IMG/VR virus record: IMGVR_UViG_3300024310_000002
Coordinates: 1-63,939 of that record
DNA length: 63,939 nt
From: a virus
Lineage: Duplodnaviria; Caudoviricetes
Direction: 5' to 3' (one strand)
This document shows, one piece after another, positions 55,475 through 62,922 of the stretch (position 1 is the stretch's first letter; every line of letters starts with the position of its first letter). The position numbers and the translations under genes are program-made. Below the pieces are notes generated by a model. The model had not been told where the DNA came from. It saw nothing but the letters and a program-made list of their open reading frames with translations, and did not search any database.

Positions 55475-55480
55475 GAGTAA

Positions 55481-55648
55481 GGGGCGTAGATCAAGTAGAT
55501 CATAGGCCGGGCCTTCATAGGGCACCGCGCGCTTAGATGCAGGTACAGTCGCTCTCGGATAGGTGATGTCCTCACAGGATTAGACGTTGGCTTAACAGCT
55601 CTAAACGTCCCACTGAGTTCCGAGTACCGTAGCCCTGCCGCCCCACTT
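55481..55648 (+). ncRNA. tRNA-framed RNA 8 (insert in T-loop)
   Basis: GGGGCG/CGCCCC, TA, GATC/GATC, TAGGC/GCTTA, GAT, GCAGG-[~90 nt]-CCTGC. Confidence 0.7.
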
Positions 55649-55680
55649 CTACCCACGACAAGTAACCCACGGAGGTAACG

Positions 55681-55902
55681 ATGCGCTTCGGCACATACAT
55701 GATCATCGGCAGCTTGCTCGCCGGGTTTTGTTACGGAAGTCTTATCCGTGACGTTCATGCTCGCTGTCCCAAGCAGAGGATAGAGTTCGACTGGACCATG
55801 GTGCAGCTGACACTTGTGTGGCCCGGTCTCTTCGTCGCTGCGGTCATGATGCCTGACAACCTGAAGGCCCAGCCAAAGCCAGCGTGCAAGGAGGACTTCT
55901 GA
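55681..55902 (+). CDS. Small two-TM membrane protein
   Basis: GGAGG RBS; two hydrophobic segments. Confidence 0.65.
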   Translation: MRFGTYMIIGSLLAGFCYGSLIRDVHARCPKQRIEFDWTMVQLTLVWPGLFVAAVMMPDNLKAQPKPACKEDF

Positions 55903-55903
55903 G

Positions 55904-56128
55904 ATGGCATACACGATCACAATCGAGCTGCGTGTCGACTTCGATACGGCCAACGTCAAGATCAAGAACCCGATGATGCTGAAGCTGGCACGGCAGTCGG
56001 CGCGCGAACTCCTCACCCGCGCGATGATGATCCAAGACCAGCGTGCCCCCAGCATCATGATCACCGACGGTGATTTCTTCTCGGAGAGCAAGGATGTCGC
56101 AGTCTTCGGAGACGACGAAGAGGGCTGA
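55904..56128 (+). CDS. Hypothetical protein
   Basis: GGAGG RBS. Confidence 0.68.
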   Translation: MAYTITIELRVDFDTANVKIKNPMMLKLARQSARELLTRAMMIQDQRAPSIMITDGDFFSESKDVAVFGDDEEG

Positions 56129-56450
56129 GCTCCTCGCGCTGGGCTACCCCGAACAGATGTTCCATAACGACTACTACACTGCACAGGTGACTGAGACGCA
56201 TGGAGTGTGCGTGGCCGCCATGCTCAACACGATCTTCGTGCAGTTCTTCCCATGGGGTAGCCGGTGGCTATCGTCTGATGACGGCCACGGGCGCTACGCC
56301 AGCTTCATCTGCGGGCAAGCGACATCGCTCGAAGACAAGTACAAAGACCTGCCCTACTTCAAGACGGGGCCGGACACCGACATCCTAACCATCAAATGCC
56401 TTATCGAAGAAGGGATTGAACAATGCAGACTATCAAGCAAGTCGCTCTGA
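56094..56450 (+). CDS. Hypothetical protein with weak versions of both small-protein motifs
   Basis: TKRAELLALGY at N-terminus, ILTIKCLIEEG at C-terminus. Confidence 0.6.
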   Translation: MSQSSETTKRAELLALGYPEQMFHNDYYTAQVTETHGVCVAAMLNTIFVQFFPWGSRWLSSDDGHGRYASFICGQATSLEDKYKDLPYFKTGPDTDILTIKCLIEEGIEQCRLSSKSL

Positions 56451-57730
56451 CGCCGCAGCAGGAGAAGCTGTGGAGCGATACGCGCGCCGCCCTGATCTGG
56501 CACTGCCCGGCGTTCTCGCACATCTTCTACAGCATGCTGCAGAACACTGGCAACAAGCAGAACGCCGTGTTCACGGATGATCCCGCGATCCCGATCGCTG
56601 CAACCGATGGCAACAACCTGATCTTCAACGTCGGGCCGAAGGGGTTTTTCAGGTTCAACCTGAACCAGCGCGTGTTCATCGCGAGCCACGAAATTCTCCA
56701 CTGCATCTTCAATCACTGCGGCATTACGTTCATGCTCAAGATGCGCGGCAAGGTGGCGTACGCCGACGGCAAGACGCTGCCGTTCGACGCCGAGCAGATG
56801 AACATGGCCGAGGACTATGTCATCAACGCCATCCTAAGCGAGAGCAAGGTGGGGCAGTTTCCGACCGACGAGAACAATCAGCCGTTGGGCCTGCTGGATG
56901 CAGCCATCGCAACGTCGAAGGACAACTCGCTGGACATCTACCGGAAGATTTTCAAGCAGTCGAACAGCGGCAAGGGAGGCGGTAAGGGGAGCCAGCCGGG
57001 CCAAGGCAAGGGACGCTTCGACGTGCATCTCGATCCCGGCACCTCGATGGGTCAGGACCCGGTGTCGGCGAACAACAACAGAAATCCGGCGCAGTGGGAC
57101 ACGGAAGTGGCTGCGGGTATTGCAGCGGCCAAGGCAATGGGTAAACTGCCGGCCGAGTTGCAGCGCGCACTCACGGACATCCTCACACCGAAGGTCGATT
57201 GGCGTGAACACATCAAATCGCTCTTTGCTCGCAAAGTTGGTTCTGGGGCTTTTGACTGGGCTCGCCCTGATCGTCGGCTTATCACTCGTGATATCTACGC
57301 GCCCGGACGATCTGGTTTTGGTGCTGGCACTGTGGTGGTTGGTATTGATACCTCCGGCTCAGTTGGTAGCAAAGAGCTGGACATGTTTATGGCTGAGGTC
57401 TCAGGTATCCTCGAAGAGATCAAGCCCAAGCGCCTCGTGATGATCTGGTGCGATGCGGCTGTGAACCGCATCGACGAGTGTGAAGACATCAGCGACCTGA
57501 ACACGATCCGGCGCAAGGGCGCTCCGGGTGGTGGCGGCACGAGCTTCATCCCGGTGTTCGAGGCAGTCGCGAAAGAGGGGCTGGAGCCGGAAGCTCTCGT
57601 ATACCTCACCGATGGCATGGGTAGCTTCCCGCGTGCGGCGCCGGCGTACCCGGTGATCTGGGGCAACATCTACAAGGGCTCGAAGTATCCTTGGGGTGAC
57701 GTCGTCGACATCCCGAAGCAGGTGGAGTAA
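56423..57730 (+). CDS. DUF2201-type metallopeptidase-VWA protein
   Basis: IAATDG, HEILH, NMAEDYVIN; MIDAS IDTSGSV, GGGGTSF, LTDG. Confidence 0.88.
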   Translation: MQTIKQVALTPQQEKLWSDTRAALIWHCPAFSHIFYSMLQNTGNKQNAVFTDDPAIPIAATDGNNLIFNVGPKGFFRFNLNQRVFIASHEILHCIFNHCGITFMLKMRGKVAYADGKTLPFDAEQMNMAEDYVINAILSESKVGQFPTDENNQPLGLLDAAIATSKDNSLDIYRKIFKQSNSGKGGGKGSQPGQGKGRFDVHLDPGTSMGQDPVSANNNRNPAQWDTEVAAGIAAAKAMGKLPAELQRALTDILTPKVDWREHIKSLFARKVGSGAFDWARPDRRLITRDIYAPGRSGFGAGTVVVGIDTSGSVGSKELDMFMAEVSGILEEIKPKRLVMIWCDAAVNRIDECEDISDLNTIRRKGAPGGGGTSFIPVFEAVAKEGLEPEALVYLTDGMGSFPRAAPAYPVIWGNIYKGSKYPWGDVVDIPKQVE

Positions 57731-57764
57731 CCCCGCTAAGTAACCACCCAACAGGAGAACGTGT

Positions 57765-58160
57765 ATGAAGAAGATAAGCAGAGAGCAGCTGAAGTACGCC
57801 CAGAACCGGCTGTACGACATCAAGAGCAAAGAATGGCAGGAGCTGGAGAAGACTTGCTGGGTGGCGGCGACCGCTGATCCGCTCACCTTCAAGGAGGCGA
57901 TCGAGGCAATCAAGAAAGGAAAGGTCAAGCCGCGCACCAAGACGCTCGGCGGCCTCCCTATGAACCAGCTAACGCTGTCGAAGAGCACGCGCGTTATCGA
58001 GCTGTTTGAGCTCGAGATCAGCGAGCGCAAGTTCGACCACAAGAAGTCGGAAGCGAACCTGAAGGTTCACGAGGCAAAGTGGGACAGGATTTTCGATCGG
58101 CTCTTCCTTGGCGATGCCGAAGAGATCATGAAGCTGATCGCGGACAGCGATAAGAGCTAA
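57765..58160 (+). CDS. Hypothetical protein
   Basis: AGGAG RBS. Confidence 0.7.
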   Translation: MKKISREQLKYAQNRLYDIKSKEWQELEKTCWVAATADPLTFKEAIEAIKKGKVKPRTKTLGGLPMNQLTLSKSTRVIELFELEISERKFDHKKSEANLKVHEAKWDRIFDRLFLGDAEEIMKLIADSDKS

Positions 58161-58293
58161 GGGGGCAGTAGTCAAAGAACCCCTCAGCCGCGGTGGCAAC
58201 GGGAGGGCCGTGCACATCTCACGGTGAACAAGGCAGAGCTCGGGGCCCCCACGCGAAAGCGCAACTTCCCGCTAAGCTCTGCAAGCCACCACA
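58161..58293 (+). ncRNA. Compact multi-pseudoknot RNA candidate
   Basis: GGTGGC/GCCACC, CGGGAG/TTCCCG, GCAGAGCT/AGCTCTGC, GGGGGC/GCCCCC, CCGTG/CACGG with crossing pairings. Confidence 0.5.
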
Positions 58294-58318
58294 ATTCCCT
58301 ATACCCACGGAGGTAACT

Positions 58319-58774
58319 ATGGGCTGCGACATCCATCTCGTGTTGGAACAAAAGCACAACGGCAAGTGGATCGGCTTGCGCGAAATGTCACACACGTTCG
58401 AGTTCAGGAAAGACCCTGAGGACGGTAAGTGGCAGCAGCATTACGTCTGGTGCAACGCGCGCCGCAGGAACTATGATCTGTTCGCTCGGCTCGCCGGTGT
58501 CCGAGGGGATGGGCCTGACGCGAAAGGCATCCCCGAGGACGCATCGGAGCTGCCCCAAATGCTATTTGAACACTGGGGTAGCGACGGGCACTCGCATTCC
58601 TACTGTACTCTGGACGAGTACATGGTGGCGCTGGCCGGTACAGAGGACAATCCCGCCGAGGTGTTTCTTGGACCGGACCATCCAGCCGTCAAACATCCAC
58701 ACCAATACTACTTCGGTATGTACGAGCCCGAGGACGGCGAAGAGTACCGTGTGGTGTTCTGTTTCGACAACTGA
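58319..58774 (+). CDS. Conserved phage protein (MGCDIH...RNYxLF..LAGVRG...HSHS...FDN)
   Basis: Recognisable motif set; GGAGG RBS. Confidence 0.8.
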   Translation: MGCDIHLVLEQKHNGKWIGLREMSHTFEFRKDPEDGKWQQHYVWCNARRRNYDLFARLAGVRGDGPDAKGIPEDASELPQMLFEHWGSDGHSHSYCTLDEYMVALAGTEDNPAEVFLGPDHPAVKHPHQYYFGMYEPEDGEEYRVVFCFDN

Positions 58775-58783
58775 GGAAACCCC

Positions 58784-59503
58784 ATGCCAGCAATGCACGA
58801 CAACGTTTATTCCGAGATGATCAAGCAGCTCGAGCGCAAGCGGGACATCTATCTCCGCACGCTGCCGTTCGAGATGACGCACGAAGAGTGCATCCGGTTG
58901 ATCGCTCCGCGCGAGCACATCAGCATCCTCACTGAAGCCGCGAAGTTCGCAGACATCAACGCGTCGGAGGGTTGGGTCACGGTGCAGGTGCCCGGCGAGA
59001 TCGATGGCGTAGTAGCGCCCAAGGTCATGCTCTACATGCGCACTCACGACCAGAAGGCCCCGCCACTGCGGCCGCGCAATGCATGGTGGCAGTGGCCCGA
59101 AGACGTCGCCGGCAAGAAAGTGATCGACTGGATGCAGAAGCGCTACGAAATCGGGAGGCGCTTTGGCACCGTGCAGCACGTGCTCCATATGCTGAACAGA
59201 GGGTGCGAGAGTGGGCATCAGCTACGGTACATGTTCCCCGCTGCAATGCATCTCTGCAAGGCGGGTCGCGATCCACGCATGGACAAGTGGATGGAGAAGT
59301 TCGCAGCATACAAAGCCTGCAAGCACACACCTGCTGTGTCCCCAGAGCTTAAGAGGGCGATCCAAGACAGTAGCGCGCTGTTGACGTCGGCCGCTCTACT
59401 GGGTGAGGATGTCCCCATTCCGTTGGAGGCGTACGTGGCGATTTCGCCAGCCAACTACATGGAATGCTTCAAGATAGACGGCCACACCGTCGCACGTATG
59501 TAA
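58784..59503 (+). CDS. Hypothetical protein
   Basis: GAGGA RBS; 239 aa. Confidence 0.75.
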   Translation: MPAMHDNVYSEMIKQLERKRDIYLRTLPFEMTHEECIRLIAPREHISILTEAAKFADINASEGWVTVQVPGEIDGVVAPKVMLYMRTHDQKAPPLRPRNAWWQWPEDVAGKKVIDWMQKRYEIGRRFGTVQHVLHMLNRGCESGHQLRYMFPAAMHLCKAGRDPRMDKWMEKFAAYKACKHTPAVSPELKRAIQDSSALLTSAALLGEDVPIPLEAYVAISPANYMECFKIDGHTVARM

Positions 59504-59609
59504 CGAAAACGGCGGGCTCCCAAGGAAGAACCCGCCGTCCGTCTCCCACCCACAGGAGGCGCTTCTCGCGAAGCCCTCCTAACGTAAGTTACCCGAGGAG
59601 GTAAGTCAA

Positions 59610-59969
59610 ATGGGCGACAACAAGGATACGCAGTCATCTGCCGCGACCGTGGATGATATCGCGGCGATCATCGACCCGAAGGCTTTCATAATCCCGAACT
59701 CCAAGCGCTTCGAGATAGTGGACAGGCAGCGTGACGCGCGCACCAAAGCGGCGGCTATTCTCGCCCTAGTTGGTGAACCGCAGACAGCGCCACAGCTCGA
59801 CCCGGAGCGCGTCGCTCGGATCATTTGTCGGCAAGACGTTCCGTACAATTGGCAAGGCAAAAACCGAGATGCTTGGGTCGAGATACAGTGGAAGGGATAT
59901 CTCCCAAGAGCCAACGCCTTAATCGCGGATTTGACCGCTTCAGCACATTCGCGCCCAGAGGGAAAGTGA
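59610..59969 (+). CDS. Hypothetical protein
   Basis: GGAGG RBS. Confidence 0.65.
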   Translation: MGDNKDTQSSAATVDDIAAIIDPKAFIIPNSKRFEIVDRQRDARTKAAAILALVGEPQTAPQLDPERVARIICRQDVPYNWQGKNRDAWVEIQWKGYLPRANALIADLTASAHSRPEGK

Positions 59970-59972
59970 TCT

Positions 59973-61907
59973 ATGGCTGAGCGCTTCACGATCGACTTCG
60001 AGACCTATTACGACAAGGACTATTCTCTCCGGAAGATGACGCCGGTGGAGTACGTCCTCGACCCGCGTTTCGAAGTGATCATGCTGTCCGTGAAGCGGCC
60101 GGGTAAGCCCGTGATCAACCTTCACCCTGACAAGATAGGAGCGTTCTTTGCGCTACTGGACCCCGATGACACAATTGTGGTCACTTATAATTCTCTGTTC
60201 GATATGTGCATATGTGCTTGGCGCTATAATTTTGTTCCAAGGCTCATGGTGGATGCGATGGGTATGGTGCGTGCTTGGCACGGGCACGAGCTTCGCAGCG
60301 TTGCTCTGGCTGTTGCTGCCCCGCACATCATAGGGCGGCACAAGGGTAACGCCGTCCACAAGATGCAGGGGCTTCACTACCAAGACATCGTCAACGCCGG
60401 CTGGATGCAGGAGTACGAGCAGTATTGCGGAGACGATAGCGAGCTCGCCGAGGGCATCTTCGACAAGATCATGTCGGAGGGGTTTCCAGTGAACGAGCTC
60501 CTCGTCATGGACCACGTCCTGCGCATGGCCGTCGTGCCGCAGTTCGCCGTCAACGGCGCCGAGCTGCAGATACACTTGCAAGACATTCTAAACGACAAGG
60601 CCAACCTGATGGCAGCGTGCGGGCTCACGTACGACGCCAACGGGAAATGCCCCGAGCTCATGAGCAACCCGAAGTTTGCGGAGCTGCTTACCTCGCTGGG
60701 TATCGAGCCGCCCATGAAGATTTCGCCAACCACTGGCAAAGAGACGTTCGCATTTTCGAAGGCGGACAAGGAGTTCACCGATCTCGAGGATCACCCCGAC
60801 ACGAACGTGCAGGCGCTTGTCGCAGCGAGGCTGGGGCACAAGAGCACGATCGAAGAGACCCGCACGCAGCGCTTCATCGCGATCTCGCAGTTGGAGTGGC
60901 CAGTCAGCTACCTCGCCTACAGGGGGCTCCCTGCGGGTGCCAAGCTGATCCCCATGCCCATCAGATACGGGGCCGCCCACACGCACAGGCTGGGAGGCGA
61001 CTGGAAGCTGAACGTCCAGAACCTGCCGAGCCGCGGCGTGGTGAACCATCTAAAGCGCGCACTCATGTCGTGGCTGGGCTGGTATGTCGTCAACACTGAC
61101 AGCTCGCAGATCGAAGCGCGAATTGTTGCTTGGCTCGCCGGCGAGTGGGAGTTGCTGCGACAGTTCGAGTTGGGGCTCGATCCCTACAAGATTTTCGCAG
61201 CGAAGGTTTTCCAGCTACCCGATACCTCGCAGGTAACCGCCGAGCAGAGATTTCTAGGCAAGACTTCGATCTTGGGTCTGGGCTTCGGACTGGGCTGGAT
61301 CAAGTTCAAGCATCAGGTGCGCGTCAAGTCGCTCGAAGCTGTGAAGATCACAGGCAAGGGCCGCGAGCTCATCCTCACCGACGACGAAAGCCTCAAGATC
61401 GTCAACACGTACAGGAGCACGTATCCCGGTGTGCAGTCTATTTGGAAGGCTCTCAATTCTGCCATCCCTATACTCGCTGGCGCTCCCGGGAGCTTTAGCA
61501 TTGGCCCTTGTGTGTTCTATAAGGGAAAAATCTCGCTCCCCAACGGTCTATATCTGTACTACGACAACCTTCGACAGACGCCCGATGGATGGACGTACAC
61601 TCACTCAGGGGAAACCCGACGCCTATACGGTGGAGCACTCCTCGAAAATATTGTGCAGGCGCTCGCGCGCTGCATCGTGATGGATGCAGAGGTCAGGATC
61701 GCCGCAAGGCTCAAAGCGGCTGGCATGGGTTTCATCCAGTTGGCGCTTCAGGTGCATGACGCGTTGGCTTACACAGTGCCCAGTGCGATGGTTACCTCCG
61801 TGCGTAACATCATGCAGGAGGAGATGAACAGGAGACCTGCATGGGCACCGGACTTGCCACTCGCCTGCGAGACAAAATACGGACCCAATTACGGAGATGC
61901 AAAGTAA
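59973..61907 (+). CDS. DNA polymerase family A with 3'-5' exonuclease
   Basis: IDFETY, YNSLFD, YCGDD; NVQNLP, DSSQIEAR, RFLGKTSILGLGFG, QVHD. Confidence 0.95.
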   Translation: MAERFTIDFETYYDKDYSLRKMTPVEYVLDPRFEVIMLSVKRPGKPVINLHPDKIGAFFALLDPDDTIVVTYNSLFDMCICAWRYNFVPRLMVDAMGMVRAWHGHELRSVALAVAAPHIIGRHKGNAVHKMQGLHYQDIVNAGWMQEYEQYCGDDSELAEGIFDKIMSEGFPVNELLVMDHVLRMAVVPQFAVNGAELQIHLQDILNDKANLMAACGLTYDANGKCPELMSNPKFAELLTSLGIEPPMKISPTTGKETFAFSKADKEFTDLEDHPDTNVQALVAARLGHKSTIEETRTQRFIAISQLEWPVSYLAYRGLPAGAKLIPMPIRYGAAHTHRLGGDWKLNVQNLPSRGVVNHLKRALMSWLGWYVVNTDSSQIEARIVAWLAGEWELLRQFELGLDPYKIFAAKVFQLPDTSQVTAEQRFLGKTSILGLGFGLGWIKFKHQVRVKSLEAVKITGKGRELILTDDESLKIVNTYRSTYPGVQSIWKALNSAIPILAGAPGSFSIGPCVFYKGKISLPNGLYLYYDNLRQTPDGWTYTHSGETRRLYGGALLENIVQALARCIVMDAEVRIAARLKAAGMGFIQLALQVHDALAYTVPSAMVTSVRNIMQEEMNRRPAWAPDLPLACETKYGPNYGDAK

Positions 61908-62461
61908 TGTGGCAATCAGCACCGCCCTCGCCGCCTTTCCCCTCTATATCTGTTGGAGGCTTAACTAAGACCCAAACTCGGCTCAACGCAGAGGCGTTGG
62001 AGCAGCATGCGCTTACAAACGTTTATTATGGCCCTCCAGTGCAGGGCGATATGTTCTCAGGGTGGCCCATGGAAGAACTCGTTAAAGCCGTACTTGCGGG
62101 CAAGATGCCAATCGAGCAGGCGCAAGCGGTTATGGAGCTGAAGATGAAGCACGGACTTTTGGGCGCTAGTTATGGTGGCGGTGGGGGCAGCGGCATGGCT
62201 GGAGCCACCACTCAAAGCCCTGCGCCCGTGCGCCCCTACACGCACGAAGAGCGCCTTGCCATGCGGATGGGATGGGGCCGCGTCGAGAGCAGCATGTGGG
62301 CGCCTGATTTCGAGCACGTCGACATTCACCGCGCCGCGGGATCGAGCGTAGTGCATGTCTGGGTAATCTCCAAATCAGGACAATCAGTCGTGCTCGAAGA
62401 CGATGCGGCGTTGTTCCCGAGCGATGCACTTGTTACCAAACTCACCATGCTGAAAGGATAG
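61907..62461 (+). CDS. Hypothetical protein, C-terminal FPS..TKLxMLxG family
   Basis: TAATG coupling to PolA; ends LFPSDALVTKLTMLKG. Confidence 0.7.
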   Translation: MWQSAPPSPPFPSISVGGLTKTQTRLNAEALEQHALTNVYYGPPVQGDMFSGWPMEELVKAVLAGKMPIEQAQAVMELKMKHGLLGASYGGGGGSGMAGATTQSPAPVRPYTHEERLAMRMGWGRVESSMWAPDFEHVDIHRAAGSSVVHVWVISKSGQSVVLEDDAALFPSDALVTKLTMLKG

Positions 62462-62464
62462 TAC

Positions 62465-62914
62465 ATGGCCAAGACCCCACCCAAGGACTACTTCGCCTCC
62501 GTGATGTTCCCCGGCACGAAAAAACTATCGATCGTGTCGAAGCGTGTCGGCACCAAGGAGCGACTTCATCAGATCGCAGTCGTCACCAACGAGAGCGTTG
62601 CTGATCGGATCGTCGAAGCATTGAACCATCATCAGGGCGCGCTTGAGAAGCTGGATGTGCCGACGCAGAGACTGCTAGACAATACGAAAGAAGAGCTCGC
62701 CAAGCAGCGCAAGCTGCATTCGCAGTACCATAGCGAAGCAAATTCGCTGCGTAGCGAAGCGATGTCGCTTCGGCGCGAAAATCGTGAGCTCAAGGACGAC
62801 ATCGATAGGTTGAAACGTGGAACCGATGCATTGAAATCACAGCTCCAAAATGCTATCTGTGAGCGCGACGCAGCGCATGACCTTATGCGCAAGCATGCGT
62901 TGACCCCCACCTAG
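62465..62914 (+). CDS. Coiled-coil hypothetical protein
   Basis: AAGGA RBS; heptads. Confidence 0.7.
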   Translation: MAKTPPKDYFASVMFPGTKKLSIVSKRVGTKERLHQIAVVTNESVADRIVEALNHHQGALEKLDVPTQRLLDNTKEELAKQRKLHSQYHSEANSLRSEAMSLRRENRELKDDIDRLKRGTDALKSQLQNAICERDAAHDLMRKHALTPT

Positions 62915-62922
62915 GAACTCAC

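Noticed and set aside
48249-55648. tRNAs interrupted by group I/II introns
   Set aside because: Inserts are only ~20-120 nt, occur in D-, anticodon and T-loops, and removing them would not restore TTCGA T-loops
58193-58318. N-terminal extension of ORF 58193..58774 (similarly 46706, 54191, 63387)
   Set aside because: Better starts lie downstream (58319, 46895 and 54338 with clear RBS; 63654 just after the upstream stop)
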